64,000 bases of DNA from an uncultured cyanobacterium (GCA_963793425.1 CAWCAG010000007.1:640001-704000), one strand, 5' to 3'. Counted from the first letter of the stretch, positions 1 to 11,253 are shown. The notes: generated by a model not told the origin, from the sequence alone. A program made the numbers and translations.

Positions 1-199
<199 letters not shown>

Positions 200-228
200 C
201 TATTTTTCTAATGTGTTTACTTTTAAAC

Positions 229-540
229 CTAAGCGACTACAGCGAGAATATCTTTCTCCGAGAGAAGTACATAATCTTCGCCACCGAGTTTAATATCAGT
301 TCCAGCATATTTGGAATAAAGAACTTGGTCGCCAACTTTGACATCCAAAGGAACACGTTTACCATCGTTGTCCATTTTTCCAGGGCCAACAGAAACAATT
401 TCGCCAATTTGGGGCTTTTCTTTGGCCGAGTCGGGTAAGAAAATACCGCCACTGGTTTTCTCTTCTGCTACGTCAACTTTGACGAAAACGCGCTCCCCAA
501 GGGGGCTAACGGTGGATACATTAATTGTTAAAGCTGCCAT
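229..540 (-). CDS. groES: Co-chaperonin GroES
   Basis: PLGERVFVK...[16 protein letters not shown]...YSKYAGT. Confidence 0.98.
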   Translation of the reverse strand: MAALTINVSTVSPLGERVFVKVDVAEEKTSGGIFLPDSAKEKPQIGEIVSVGPGKMDNDGKRVPLDVKVGDQVLYSKYAGTDIKLGGEDYVLLSEKDILAVVA

Positions 541-576
541 ATAAACCTCATATAGTCGTTTTTGCGGTCGCTTAAA

Positions 577-603
577 TTAGCACTCTCGACCTCTGAGTGC
601 TAA
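577..603. promoter_or_regulatory. CIRCE element (HrcA operator)
   Basis: Exact TTAGCACTC-N9-GAGTGCTAA upstream of groES. Confidence 0.97.
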
Positions 604-642
604 TTTATCTAAATTTGGTGAGCAATGGCAACTGTATTTTCA

Positions 643-658
643 GTACGGTTTCCCGAAC
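643..658 (-). promoter_or_regulatory. K-box of cyanobacterial groESL promoters
   Basis: Minus strand GTTCGGGAAACCGTAC fits GTTCGGNNANCCNNAC, upstream of CIRCE. Confidence 0.85.
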
Positions 659-999
659 AAGTTAAACAATGATCATTGATCAATGATCAGTGTGTCAGTG
701 GGTTGAGCAAGGTAGCAAGTAAGCGTGTACCGCCCACGAATGAACAGGCGATCGCTCTTTTTTATACAACCTTCAAGGCTTCTGTAACTGAAACTCTGCG
801 AGGAGAAAGGAAAGAGATATTGAAACTTGTCTTTGGCTGGAGATGAGCCTCATTTCAAAGTGAAGATTTCGGAATCGTTGAGTTTTGGGGGCGATCGCTA
901 TATCTTTGCTGTTAACCAACCCTAAGCATCTATTTACAGGCACTGTAATATTATTTTTATTTGTAAAAATCAATTATCTTTGCGGGATAGGAAAATCTT

Positions 1000-1603
1000 A
1001 TGCCTGATCGTAAATTTACCCTCAGTAAAGCTGTAGAAGATTTTCAACTCACTCTCATTGAAGGCGATCGCTTTGTCGAGAATATTTCTCCAGTTAATCC
1101 CAGTACTTTGCTCCAAGATACCCTCAAAGAAACACTACCTTGGGCTATCGCTGTCAGTACAGAAAAAGCACGCTCTGAAGGCATCATCAATCCGGTATTG
1201 TTAGAAGTTAAACGTCAACTCAACGGACAAATTAGCCTCTTCTCCGGTGAAGAGTTCAACGTGCAACCCGATGTTTGATTTAACCGGCTATGTCGATTTT
1301 CTAATCAGTCGTTCTCCGGAGCAATTGTATATCAAAGCCCCGGCAGTAGTTTTAGCAGAAGCCAAAAAAGAAGACCTTAAACCAGGGCTAGGACAGTGTT
1401 TAGCAGAAATGGTGGCAGCCCAACGTTTCAATCAACAGAAGCAGCAGCCTATTTCTACTATTTATGGAGCAGTTACCAGTGGTACAGTTTGGCGATTCCT
1501 CAAACTGGAAGGGCAAACCGTTACAATCGACTTGACCGATTATCCATTACCCCCAGTCGAACCAATTTTGGGCTTTCTAGTTTGGATGATGCTCAACGGC
1601 TAA
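1000..1603 (+). pseudogene. PD-(D/E)xK nuclease-like cyanobacterial protein, split by a frameshift near 1276 (pseudogene or sequence error)
   Basis: ORFs 1000..1278 and 1247..1603 join as [12 protein letters not shown] if one T is removed; motifs TEKARSE, EAKKE..GLGQC.AEM.AA, YGAVTSG..WRF. Confidence 0.7.
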
Positions 1604-1731
1604 AGTTGCTTTTAGGCATATAAATCTAGGGTTAATGGCTTTAACTTCGAGTAATGATATTATTGAGACTCCGGTTGATACCTGAAACACAGACTATAAT
1701 TAAAATTACGTGACCTAGATTACCTAATCCT

Positions 1732-2010
1732 ATGAGTCGGCAATTAATCCTGGAAATCAGCGATGAAGTTTACGCAAACCTACAGCGCAAGTCTAGTGCT
1801 GTGGGCATTTCTGTAACAGAGTGGGTTATGACACTCCTTGGCAGGCAGAGTAATGTTGTTAGTAATATGTTGCTTTCGCCAGAGCTTCAAGCGCAAGCAC
1901 GAAGCAAGTTCAGAAGTCATGCTGGTGCAGTCAGTTTGGGGTACGCTACAGATACAAATAATGACCAGATTGATGCTGACCTTGCCAAAGCTTACGCCGA
2001 TGATTACTAG
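1732..2010 (+). CDS. Small hypothetical protein, antitoxin-like
   Basis: 92 aa; RHH-like N-terminus (LILEISDEVYANL); TA-like context. Confidence 0.5.
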   Translation: MSRQLILEISDEVYANLQRKSSAVGISVTEWVMTLLGRQSNVVSNMLLSPELQAQARSKFRSHAGAVSLGYATDTNNDQIDADLAKAYADDY

Positions 2011-2041
2011 AGGTTAGTTTTAAACAATACTGAAAGGGTAA

Positions 2042-2350
2042 TTGATGATGGTTAAAACAACCTTATATTCAATAGCAAAAGTTTTGCCAGGGAACAAAAT
2101 TGAAATTCAGGCTCCCAGTCTTTCAGTAGGGCAAACTGTTGAGGTGGTTATTTTAGTTCAGGATGTCAAGCTTTCTTCTCCTGCTATCGAGAAACAAGTC
2201 CTATCATTAGAGCAACGCCTTGCTTTACTTAAGTTACCCATTGCCGAGCGTAGGCGTATTCTCGAAAGCCAAGCTGAGAAAATGCTCAATCACTATCAAC
2301 AGGATTCCGAATGGCAGGAGTTAATGTCAGGTGACATCATCAACTACTAA
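2042..2350 (+). CDS. Putative antitoxin of the downstream MazF/PemK toxin
   Basis: Overlaps toxin start; acidic C-terminus. Confidence 0.55.
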   Translation: MMMVKTTLYSIAKVLPGNKIEIQAPSLSVGQTVEVVILVQDVKLSSPAIEKQVLSLEQRLALLKLPIAERRRILESQAEKMLNHYQQDSEWQELMSGDIINY

Positions 2351-2705
2351 TTCTGACGCTCCAAAACGTGGAGAAATTTGGTTGGTTAACTTCGACCCCA
2401 CTATTGGCTCAGAAATTAAGAAAGTGCGTCCTGCTGTTGTCATTAGTTCCGATGCTGTGGGAAAACTGCCAATTAAGCTCATTGCCCCAATTACAAATTG
2501 GAAACCATATTTTTCACAAAATTTCTGGCACGTCAAAATTGAACCTGATACTACGAACGGCTTGACTAAGATTTCTGCCATTGATGCTTTGCAACTAAGA
2601 GGAGTGGATTTACAACGATTTATTCGTAAGTTGGGAAGTATAGCTGAAGTCACAATGTCAGAAATTGCGATCGCCGTTGTAACTGTAATTGAGTTTGAGG
2701 TTTAA
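2331..2705 (+). CDS. PemK/MazF family toxin (endoribonuclease)
   Basis: RGEIWLVNFDPTIGSEIKKVRPAVVIS signature. Confidence 0.92.
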   Translation: MTSSTTNSDAPKRGEIWLVNFDPTIGSEIKKVRPAVVISSDAVGKLPIKLIAPITNWKPYFSQNFWHVKIEPDTTNGLTKISAIDALQLRGVDLQRFIRKLGSIAEVTMSEIAIAVVTVIEFEV

Positions 2706-2757
2706 TTACTCTTACAAGTGGATTGAGCCGTTTAAGTTATTGCGATAGCTCTACAAT

Positions 2758-3357
2758 ATGCTTGAGATCAGATATTCTGTTGGAGAAGATATAGAAGTTG
2801 CAGGTACATCAACTGAATTTCAGGCGCTTCATCATGAGCTTCTAAGAATGGTTGGTCGAGATGATAGTTTCCTGTATGTAGAGACTTCCACATCTTTTGA
2901 GCCAGATCCTTATGATTCTTGTTTAGTGAGCATAGAGTTTAAACGAGCTAAAAGCAATGAGATCTGGATAGATAAAAATAGTCTTGTTGTGCAAGGCACT
3001 GACGAATTCTTACAGAATCTTGCAGGAAGTTTGCCGAGGGACGCTGAACAGCCATCTTCTGGCATTTCTTATCATATACATTATGACCCGATATCAGACG
3101 TGAGGAGAATTCACCTTTGGCGAAAATCAGATGAATTTGAGTCTGATGACTATAGCACTCTAGAAGTAACTATACGATTGCCTTTCAGAAGGATTTGTAG
3201 TTCAGATTTTGAGCCATTGCCAATTAATATGGTTCATGAAAACAAAGTCATATTTTTTTCTAGGGCTTTTTTTGAAACTCTTCAGGTCAACACCCAGTTT
3301 GTCTTTAAAGAGTGTCCTCCATTTTTGCTGAGACCTTTAATGATATTAAATTTATAA
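2758..3357 (+). CDS. Hypothetical protein (N-terminal half loosely resembles small immunity proteins; C-terminal part doubtful)
   Basis: 199-aa ORF, no clear family motif. Confidence 0.35.
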   Translation: MLEIRYSVGEDIEVAGTSTEFQALHHELLRMVGRDDSFLYVETSTSFEPDPYDSCLVSIEFKRAKSNEIWIDKNSLVVQGTDEFLQNLAGSLPRDAEQPSSGISYHIHYDPISDVRRIHLWRKSDEFESDDYSTLEVTIRLPFRRICSSDFEPLPINMVHENKVIFFSRAFFETLQVNTQFVFKECPPFLLRPLMILNL

Positions 3358-3504
3358 TGCAATGGGTTAGATAGCTATTCTTGACCAAAGGAATAGTAGT
3401 TTAGGCGTCACTGTGAATTTTGCTCTGGAGATTTTTCCGAAATTAAAGCATTCAAAAATCTTTAATGCTGAGGAATTACGTTGTTGCGATCACGTCATAT
3501 CTCA

Positions 3505-4293
3505 CTAAACATTATTCTCCTCCGGCAAGCTTCCAAACTGCTCCTGATAACGAGCTAAAAGTTCAGCCATTTCTGCTGCCTGTTGTTCGGCTGAATTTTT
3601 AGCTGCTTCTAGTTCTACTGAAGAAAGCAAACGCTCCCCTGTAGAAGCATCTTCTATTACCAAACGGCCTTCGTGCAAACTCATCAACAATCCCACCGTT
3701 TCACAAAAAATGCGTCCCTCTTCATCAGGGGTAATCGGCTGATAATAGTCTTCTACCAACCTATAACCTAAAACCTCTTCCAATATCTGCCCCCGTTGAC
3801 GACGACGGTCTATAATAACGTATTCTGCAACACCAGCACGAGCGTATTGAACAACCTTAATTTCCCTATCTTCTTTGCGGTAACGGGGAGAAACAACCTC
3901 TATAACTAAAGTGGGGCGCACTCCCTCATCTTTAACAATAAACCTGGTGCGATTCTCATTTTTGTTAGTGATGCCAAAAGCCACAAAAGTATCGGGGCAA
4001 TTGTCATTTTGCCCCGTGTCCCATTCAACAATCAAGTCGCGGAAAACTCCAACGGTAGGATCATTAGCATAGCGACGGGTCAAAACATCCTTAGCATGAC
4101 CTGCTATATCGTCGTGAAAGGTGCTATTAGGCAAGTGATAACCTTCCTGGGGATGGAGAAATTCTTCAGAAGTGAGTGGTATCCAGGTAGTACCCTCAGC
4201 TTCTGTATCCGCAACAACTCGCCAGCCTCTTTCAGCAAATTCTAGGCTGTCATATTCTTGAGTTTTAGGAGGAACTGAAGGAGAGCTTACCAT
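3505..4293 (-). CDS. Uma2 family endonuclease
   Basis: CPD.FV, LVIEVVSP..RKEDREIKVVQYARAGVAEY; coiled-coil tail. Confidence 0.9.
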   Translation of the reverse strand: MVSSPSVPPKTQEYDSLEFAERGWRVVADTEAEGTTWIPLTSEEFLHPQEGYHLPNSTFHDDIAGHAKDVLTRRYANDPTVGVFRDLIVEWDTGQNDNCPDTFVAFGITNKNENRTRFIVKDEGVRPTLVIEVVSPRYRKEDREIKVVQYARAGVAEYVIIDRRRQRGQILEEVLGYRLVEDYYQPITPDEEGRIFCETVGLLMSLHEGRLVIEDASTGERLLSSVELEAAKNSAEQQAAEMAELLARYQEQFGSLPEENNV

Positions 4294-4423
4294 CGTTTGG
4301 CTTCCTTTAGCGGAAGTGAATAAGTGCTTCCTAGTATATCAATTAAGGTTGAGAGCAGTGCTAAGTTAGAGGCGACTCTACTTCGGCATAGCCATAGTCT
4401 TGATTGAGCCGCCCAGTCTGAAA

Positions 4424-5725
4424 TTACAAATCAGCTAAAACTTCCTTCGCCGCAGCAATAGTCTGCTCAACATCTTCCTCGCTATGAGCCAAAGAAGTAA
4501 AACCAGCTTCAAATTGAGAAGGTGCAAGATAAATGCCCCTTTCCAACATTCCCCGATGGAAACGACTGAACTTTTCTAAATCAGACTTCTTGGCATCATC
4601 ATAATTTTTCACCTTTTCTCCGGTAAAAAACATACCAAACATGGCGCTGATTTGACCACCAGAAACCTCATGCCCAGATTCCTTCGCAGCGCTCAAAAGC
4701 CCTTCGCTTAATCTTTTAGTTATCTTGTCTAACTGTTCGTAAGTTCCTGGCTTTTTCAGTAACTTCAAGGTTTCAATCCCTGCTGTCATTGCTAAAGGAT
4801 TACCGGAAAGGGTTCCCGCTTGATACATTGGCCCAGCCGGAGCTACCATAGCCATAATATCGGCTCTACCCCCATAAGCACCCACTGGCAGCCCACCACC
4901 AATAACTTTACCCAAAGTGGTTAAGTCGGGAGTGACACCAAATTTAGCTTGCGCCCCACCATAGGAGATACGGAAACCTGTCATTACTTCATCAAAAACT
5001 AATAATGCACCGTATTCTGTGGTTAATTCTCGCAAACCTTCGAGGAAACCAGGTTCAGGAACAACAAAACCGGAATTACCAACCACAGGCTCTAAAATCA
5101 CCCCGGAGATGTCTTCAGGATTTTCTTCAAAAAGCTTTCTGACTGCTTCTAAATCATTGTAGGGGGCGGTTAAGGTATTGGCAGTGGTAGACTTAGGCAC
5201 TCCAGGAGAATCCGGTAAACCTAAAGTCGCAACTCCAGAACCCGCTTGCACGAGAAACATATCTGCATGACCATGATAGCAGCCCGCAAATTTAATGAGC
5301 TTATTTCTACCTGTGAAGGCTCGCATCAGGCGTAAAACCGCCATACAAGCTTCTGTTCCCGAATTGACAAACCGCACCATCTCGACGCTAGGAACAGCAT
5401 CTATGACCATTTCCGCAAGAACATTTTCTAGGACGCAAGGCGCACCAAAACTAGTACCCTTATCTAAAGCCTTGTGTAGAGCAGCAATCACATCCGGATG
5501 GGCATGACCACAGATTGCAGGACCCCAAGTTCCGACATAATCTATATACTTGTTACCATCAATATCCCAAACATAAGCACCTTCGACTTTATCAAATACT
5601 ATTGGCTGTCCGCCGACGGATTTAAAAGCTCTAACTGGGGAACTAACACCTCCAGGCATTAGTTTTTGGGCCGCAGTGAAAATTTCTTCTGATTTAGTGG
5701 TTTTTAAAGAAGTAGTCGCAACCAA
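4424..5725 (-). CDS. hemL: Glutamate-1-semialdehyde 2,1-aminomutase
   Basis: [42 protein letters not shown]. Confidence 0.98.
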   Translation of the reverse strand: MVATTSLKTTKSEEIFTAAQKLMPGGVSSPVRAFKSVGGQPIVFDKVEGAYVWDIDGNKYIDYVGTWGPAICGHAHPDVIAALHKALDKGTSFGAPCVLENVLAEMVIDAVPSVEMVRFVNSGTEACMAVLRLMRAFTGRNKLIKFAGCYHGHADMFLVQAGSGVATLGLPDSPGVPKSTTANTLTAPYNDLEAVRKLFEENPEDISGVILEPVVGNSGFVVPEPGFLEGLRELTTEYGALLVFDEVMTGFRISYGGAQAKFGVTPDLTTLGKVIGGGLPVGAYGGRADIMAMVAPAGPMYQAGTLSGNPLAMTAGIETLKLLKKPGTYEQLDKITKRLSEGLLSAAKESGHEVSGGQISAMFGMFFTGEKVKNYDDAKKSDLEKFSRFHRGMLERGIYLAPSQFEAGFTSLAHSEEDVEQTIAAAKEVLADL

Positions 5726-5928
5726 TTTTATCTCCTTGCCTGAGTTATTAATAATTGCCTTTCAATTTCTTTAGTTTACAACTTTTTACCACAACAATAA
5801 ACCAAGGGAATTATTGTCGGCGAATAAGGTAAAAAACTTAACATTTCTTGAAAAGTAAACTGTTATATCAAATTTTTCTAAATTAATGATTTAAAGTTGA
5901 TTTTAGCTCGTTATTATTAGTAGATTTT

Positions 5929-6648
5929 ATGTCACTAAAATTTCCCCAACCTTATCAACCTCTGTTACTTCGTATTCTTCACGGTTTAACAGGATTATTC
6001 GCAATCGCAGCTATTCTTACTGCTTTTTGGACTTACAATACTTATGATGGGCGTTGGGGAAAGATCCCCTTACCTGAATTTAGAGAAATCGAAGGGATTC
6101 ATGGCACATTCGGATTGTGGACGTTACTGGTTTTTCCTCTTTTTGTTATCTACGCTTTTAATCGAGGAAAGCAAAGATTAATCCAGAAAGATTCTTTTGC
6201 TCAACTAACTCGATTTGGGCAACAAATTTGGTGGTACAATTTGCATCGTTTGATTAATACGTTGACCATCTTCGGAGTGACTTTTGCTGTCTTTTCAGGC
6301 AAGATGATGGACGAAAAGTGGCTGCCTAAAGGTGAAGTTGATCATGGTTGGTACTATGCCCATCTTATTTCTTGGCTTATTTTAGTTAGTTGTATTGCCC
6401 TGCATTTGTTGATGAGCATTAAAGTTGGCGGGATACCTTTAATTTTATCAATGACTCATTGGCGGTTTCATAGTAAGGATAGTCCTACTTTATGGCGCAA
6501 ACACTTTTCTGATTGGCGTTCTAACTTTAGTTTCAGGACAATTAAGCAATGGCTATTATCTCTTGATTTTCTTGGTTTTTTAGAAGTTTTTATCTTAACG
6601 GCTATTGCCCTGGCTTGGATAATTTCACTAAGCAAAGAATTAACCTAG
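5929..6648 (+). CDS. Cytochrome b/b561-like membrane protein
   Basis: YQPLLLRILHG start; several TM helices with spaced His residues. Confidence 0.75.
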   Translation: MSLKFPQPYQPLLLRILHGLTGLFAIAAILTAFWTYNTYDGRWGKIPLPEFREIEGIHGTFGLWTLLVFPLFVIYAFNRGKQRLIQKDSFAQLTRFGQQIWWYNLHRLINTLTIFGVTFAVFSGKMMDEKWLPKGEVDHGWYYAHLISWLILVSCIALHLLMSIKVGGIPLILSMTHWRFHSKDSPTLWRKHFSDWRSNFSFRTIKQWLLSLDFLGFLEVFILTAIALAWIISLSKELT

Positions 6649-6690
6649 TCAATAAACCATCGCTTATTACCTATTACTTATTACTTATGT

Positions 6691-7740
6691 TCACCCTCGC
6701 CACCGCAACACTCTACCTTTAACAGGATTAACAAAAGGTCTATTTTCTTCTCTAGATTTAACAAATTCAGCCTTCAAACGGTAATACCAAATTGCTTGGG
6801 TATCAGCATCATGAATTAGAGTTAAACTTGGCTCATATTTTAATCCTTCTTGTTGCTTAATAACTACATCACGATCTTGTTTTAAAAATGCTTGAGCAGG
6901 AAACTTTAAAACTGGTTTAAGAGGGTTTAACCAAGGTATATCCCAATAAGCTAAGAAAGTTACTTCAGTTTCCTGATCTGATAAAGGAGTTACAGCGGTA
7001 AGATTAGATAATTTATGACGTTTATTAGTAATATTTTCAATGCGAACTCCTGGTAACTGAAAAGATATTTCTACCTCCGGTGCGCCACCGATGATACTAT
7101 AACCGAGAGCTAAATTTTCGTTGTGGTGCTTACGCATCGTGAAGCCGTAAGGAGAAGGATCAAAAGCCCTTGCTTCTTCGTTGGTTTCGGCTGAACGCCA
7201 CCACCAAGCACGATGTACAAAAGGAGAATGGGCAGGGTCCATTAAACCAATGACTGCATGATCCACATGACAGGGAAAGTGCATGGTCATTTCAAAGTTG
7301 TAGGTTTGGTTGCCGAATTCGGGGACGAGAGGAATATCTTCTTCTAAGGCACGAAGATTATCTTGTTCTGTTTCGGCCATGTAAAGCCAAACATTGCCTT
7401 GAACTTCCTTAACTGGGTAGGTTCGGACATCAAAACGGCTGAAATTAAAATCTTTATCTTCTACCAAGGCTGGAATTGCTGTACAACTCCCTTTAGTATC
7501 AAAGCGCCAGCCATGATAACAACATTCCACTTCTTCTCCATCAAACCTGCCGCAGCTTAGAGGAATACCGCGATGGGGACAAATATCCCGCAAGGCGAAG
7601 ACTTTACCTCCACGGCTGCGCCCAAGCAGCACTGGTTCCCCTAGTAAAGTCTTTTTTAGCATTGCCCCCGGCTTAAGCTTCTTTCCTGGCAAAGCGTAGT
7701 ACCAGAGGTTGTGCAGAAGAAAGTTTTGCTTTTCTGTCAT
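6691..7740 (-). CDS. Rieske non-heme iron oxygenase, alpha subunit
   Basis: CPHRG...CCYHGW Rieske motif; DPAHSPFVH mononuclear iron motif. Confidence 0.9.
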   Translation of the reverse strand: MTEKQNFLLHNLWYYALPGKKLKPGAMLKKTLLGEPVLLGRSRGGKVFALRDICPHRGIPLSCGRFDGEEVECCYHGWRFDTKGSCTAIPALVEDKDFNFSRFDVRTYPVKEVQGNVWLYMAETEQDNLRALEEDIPLVPEFGNQTYNFEMTMHFPCHVDHAVIGLMDPAHSPFVHRAWWWRSAETNEEARAFDPSPYGFTMRKHHNENLALGYSIIGGAPEVEISFQLPGVRIENITNKRHKLSNLTAVTPLSDQETEVTFLAYWDIPWLNPLKPVLKFPAQAFLKQDRDVVIKQQEGLKYEPSLTLIHDADTQAIWYYRLKAEFVKSREENRPFVNPVKGRVLRWRG

Positions 7741-8110
7741 AGAAGGTGAAAGTCTTATTTTATCTTTACATTTAGGGTAGACAATTCTAGCAGTTAATGA
7801 GTTTCTAGATTTTCATCAACATTCTGAGGAAAAATATTACAAGATATTAAGGAATCCTAACTAAGGTGAGCTAGATGCAAGAGAATATTTGCTGAAAGGT
7901 TGCTGTGTCTGGGAACATTATGCCTGATGTTAATGCCATAATTAAGGCGTTCACAAAAGCAAGTGATTTCCTTGAGAAGCTTAAAGCTTTTTGTTGAAAG
8001 ACTAGGCAGTTGATTGGAAAACAATTTTTTTATAAACCAATCAGCAACTAAAATTTAATATGCCAGTTGCCAGACATCTGGTTTAATTTTTTTATTGGAG
8101 GAATACCTCA

Positions 8111-8596
8111 ATGAGTATAGTCACGAAATCCATCGTGAATGCAGATGCTGAGGCCCGTTACCTTAGCCCTGGTGAATTAGATAGAATCAAAGGCTTTGTC
8201 AGCAGTGGTGAAAGCCGTTTACGTATTGCCCAGACCTTAACTGAATCTCGCGAACGTATCGTTAAGCAAGCTGGAGATCAGCTATTCCAGAAGCGCCCAG
8301 ATGTAGTTTCTCCTGGCGGCAACGCTTATGGTGAAGAAATGACTGCAACTTGCTTGCGCGACATGGATTACTACCTACGCTTAATCACTTATGGTGTAGT
8401 TGCTGGTGATGTAACTCCTATCGAAGAGATTGGTTTAGTTGGAGTTAGTGAGATGTACAAATCTCTAGGTACTCCTATTGCTGCGGTTGCTCAAAGCGTC
8501 CGTGAAATGAAAGAGATTGCTGCTTCTATGATGTCTTCTGAAGATGCTTCTGAAGCAGGTTCTTACTTTGACTACGTTATTGGTTCTATGGATTAG
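8111..8596 (+). CDS. apcA: Allophycocyanin alpha subunit
   Basis: [36 protein letters not shown]. Confidence 0.99.
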   Translation: MSIVTKSIVNADAEARYLSPGELDRIKGFVSSGESRLRIAQTLTESRERIVKQAGDQLFQKRPDVVSPGGNAYGEEMTATCLRDMDYYLRLITYGVVAGDVTPIEEIGLVGVSEMYKSLGTPIAAVAQSVREMKEIAASMMSSEDASEAGSYFDYVIGSMD

Positions 8597-8664
8597 GTTT
8601 GAAAAACCTGCTTTAACCAAGAGTTAAAACATCCTAAGACAAGGTGAAATAAGGAAATAAAACT

Positions 8665-9150
8665 ATGCAAGACGCAATTACTGCCGTTATCAATTCTGCT
8701 GATGTCCAAGGCAAGTACTTAGATAGTTCTGCTATGGACAAGCTTAAGAGCTATTTTGAAACTGGCGGACTACGAGTTCGTGCCGCTAGTGTAATTAGTG
8801 CTAATGCAGCTAGTATCGTTAAAGAAGCTGTAGCTAAGTCTTTGTTGTACTCTGATGTTACCCGTCCTGGCGGTAATATGTATACAACTCGTCGTTATGC
8901 TGCTTGCATCCGCGACTTAGACTACTATCTACGCTATGCAACCTACGCTATGTTAGCTGGTGATCCCTCCATTCTTGATGAGCGGGTTCTCAATGGTTTA
9001 AAAGAAACCTACAACTCTTTAGGAGTTCCTGTTTCCTCTACTGTTCAAGCTATCCAAGCCATGAAAGAAGTAACTTCTAGCTTGGTTGGTTCTGATGCGG
9101 GTAAAGAAATGGGTGTTTACCTCGACTATATTTGTTCTGGTTTAAGCTAG
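8665..9150 (+). CDS. apcB: Allophycocyanin beta subunit
   Basis: [31 protein letters not shown]. Confidence 0.99.
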   Translation: MQDAITAVINSADVQGKYLDSSAMDKLKSYFETGGLRVRAASVISANAASIVKEAVAKSLLYSDVTRPGGNMYTTRRYAACIRDLDYYLRYATYAMLAGDPSILDERVLNGLKETYNSLGVPVSSTVQAIQAMKEVTSSLVGSDAGKEMGVYLDYICSGLS

Positions 9151-9200
9151 ACAATTTTTCTGCAACATCTGTTCTTTTTGTAGAACACTTTGTTTTCATC

Positions 9201-9295
9201 AAGGTTTGGGAAGTCGAGAGTGAGTGCTAACTGATTATTAGTTCTGCAAAGCATAACTTGTAACTGGTTAGTATTGATTCTTGACTCCCAATCTT
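9201..9295 (+). terminator. Long stem-loop between apcB and apcC (attenuator / mRNA stability element)
   Basis: TTGGGAAGTCGAGA...TCTTGACTCCCAA with inner pairing arms. Confidence 0.6.
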
Positions 9296-9407
9296 AACTA
9301 CAAGGGCTGCTTTTGGAAGTATCGCCCGTAAAAAATCAAGTATAATTTGCAACTTTGATAACAGACTTCAGTTAATCAGCAAAATTTTTTAGGAGAAATA
9401 AAATATC

Positions 9408-9611
9408 ATGAGAATGTTTAAAGTAACTGCTTGTGTTCCTAGCCAAACTCGTATTAGAACCCAAAGAGAATTACAAAATACCTATTTCACAAAATTAGTT
9501 CCCTATGATAACTGGTTCTGTGAACAACAAAGAATCCAAAAAATGGGAGGAACAATCAAAAAAGTTGAGTTAGTTACAGGAAAGCGCGGTGCGAATACCG
9601 GACTAAAGTAA
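9408..9611 (+). CDS. apcC: Phycobilisome core linker polypeptide
   Basis: MRMFKVTACVPSQTRIRTQRELQNTYFTKLVPY. Confidence 0.98.
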   Translation: MRMFKVTACVPSQTRIRTQRELQNTYFTKLVPYDNWFCEQQRIQKMGGTIKKVELVTGKRGANTGLK

Positions 9612-9633
9612 GGTGATTTTAGCTGGTCTTCCG

Positions 9634-9907
9634 CAAGAAGCCTCACACCATAATTTTTAATTTGGTGTTGAGATGCTATACGGATCTAGAACTTCGGAAT
9701 TGGTAAACCATTGTTGTACAATGTAAATGTAGGTGTAATCCAATTAAATGCTTAACAGCAGCCTACAGAAAGTTAAAGTATCATCTTTAAACCCGGTGCG
9801 GTAGGGCATTCCGTATCGTTACTAAAGCTGAGAGCCTCCGCGCGCAATAGCCGGATTGTCTCAGAAGCCTACACTGACTCTTTGAGTACAGTGTAGGAGT
9901 ATGTCAC
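9634..9907 (+). mobile_element. Non-autonomous IS200/IS605-family derivative (MITE-like; no tnpA/tnpB ORF)
   Basis: Both ends have AGAAGCC followed by a subterminal hairpin (9642-9672; 9868-9897); right end ...GTGTAGGAGTATGTCAC; tnpB-3'-like GCGGTAGGGCATTCCG. Confidence 0.7.
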
Positions 9908-9923
9908 AGAAATTCGCGCAGCT

Positions 9924-9947
9924 GGGGTCGTTTATGACCTCTTTTTT
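9924..9947 (+). terminator. Rho-independent terminator of apcABC
   Basis: GGGGTCG-TTTA-TGACCTC followed by a T-run. Confidence 0.7.
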
Positions 9948-10023
9948 ATTGGCGTTTTTTTGCTTTAAGATTACCAAGCAAATGTACCTTAACATAAGAT
10001 AAATGTTGAATGCTCAATGATAA

Positions 10024-11241
10024 ATGGTATGGACTGTGGTTCTGCGATACTTAAATCCTCTATTCGGTTCTGAAGTCAAAAATTGGGCAATTGAAGCTAG
10101 ACTGCTGCGATGGCTAACCTTTTTATGGTTGTGTATTGGTTTAGTTGTTTTATTCTCGGCTTCTTATCCTATAGCAGATGCTGAATACGGCGATGGCTTA
10201 TACTATTTCAAACGGCAAATTTTGTGGATTGCCATGGGTATGGTGGGATTTCATCTTGTGGTGGAATCGCCTCTTAAATATCTTTTAAAAATATCCCACT
10301 GGCTAGTTTTGATACTACTAGGCTTAATTTTTGTCACCCTCATTCCTAGCTTTGGAACTATAGTTAATGGTGCAAGTCGTTGGGTTGGTTTTGGTTCTTT
10401 AACGGTTCAACCTTCTGAATTAATTAAACCATTTCTCGTACTACAAAGTGCCAAATTATTTGGGCAGTGGGAACAACTGAGTTGGAAAGTACGAGGTTTC
10501 TGGCTGGGCATTTTTGCGGTGGTTTTGGGTGGGATATTAATTCAACCGAACCTAAGCACTACAGCTTTATGTGGCATGACAATTTGGTTAATGGCTGTGG
10601 CGGCGGGCTTGCCTTTCACCTATTTAGGAGGAACAGCTTTCGCGGGCTTCATGCTAGCAGTAATTAGCATCAGCGCCCAGGATTATCAAAGACGCAGGGT
10701 AACTTCTTTTCTCGATCCTTGGGCAGATCCCATGCAGGATGGCTATCAACTTATTCAGAGTCTTTTAGCCGTGGGTTCCGGGGGAACTTGGGGTTCTGGT
10801 TTTGGCTTATCCCAACAAAAATTATTTTATTTACCTATTCAATATACAGATTTTATTTTCGCTGTATTCGCCGAAGAATTTGGTTTTGTGGGTAGTGTCA
10901 TCGTCTTACTGTTACTAGTTGCCTATGCCAGCTTGGCTTTAGTTGTCGCTATGAAAACTCGCCATCCTGTTCAGCGTTTAGTGGCGATGGGAGTTATGAT
11001 TTTATTAATTGGGCAGTCTTTAATTAACATTGGCGTAGCTACAGGGGCATTACCCACCACAGGTTTACCCTTGCCTTTATTTAGCTATGGTGGCAACTCA
11101 ATTCTTTCCTCTTTGATTTTGGCAGGAATGTTAATCCGAGTTGCTAGGGAGAGTAATGAAGCCGAAGTGATTTCTTTGCAAAGTCGCCGTAGTGCCAAGA
11201 ATAAAAATCAACGCCGTAAAATACCGAAATATATAAAATAA
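10024..11241 (+). CDS. ftsW: FtsW/RodA SEDS family protein
   Basis: NGASRW, QPSELIK, GYQLIQSL.A.GSGG, TDFIF...EEFG, PTTGLPLPLFSYGG. Confidence 0.88.
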   Translation: MVWTVVLRYLNPLFGSEVKNWAIEARLLRWLTFLWLCIGLVVLFSASYPIADAEYGDGLYYFKRQILWIAMGMVGFHLVVESPLKYLLKISHWLVLILLGLIFVTLIPSFGTIVNGASRWVGFGSLTVQPSELIKPFLVLQSAKLFGQWEQLSWKVRGFWLGIFAVVLGGILIQPNLSTTALCGMTIWLMAVAAGLPFTYLGGTAFAGFMLAVISISAQDYQRRRVTSFLDPWADPMQDGYQLIQSLLAVGSGGTWGSGFGLSQQKLFYLPIQYTDFIFAVFAEEFGFVGSVIVLLLLVAYASLALVVAMKTRHPVQRLVAMGVMILLIGQSLINIGVATGALPTTGLPLPLFSYGGNSILSSLILAGMLIRVARESNEAEVISLQSRRSAKNKNQRRKIPKYIK

Positions 11242-11253
11242 TTTTCTGACATT

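Noticed and set aside
3100..3480. Possible transposase remnant overlapping the end of ORF 2758..3357
   Set aside because: No recognisable catalytic motif or terminal repeats.
9519..9521. ApcC reads WFCEQQ where WFREQQ is usual
   Set aside because: Single CGT/TGT difference that cannot be separated from sequence error or neutral variation.
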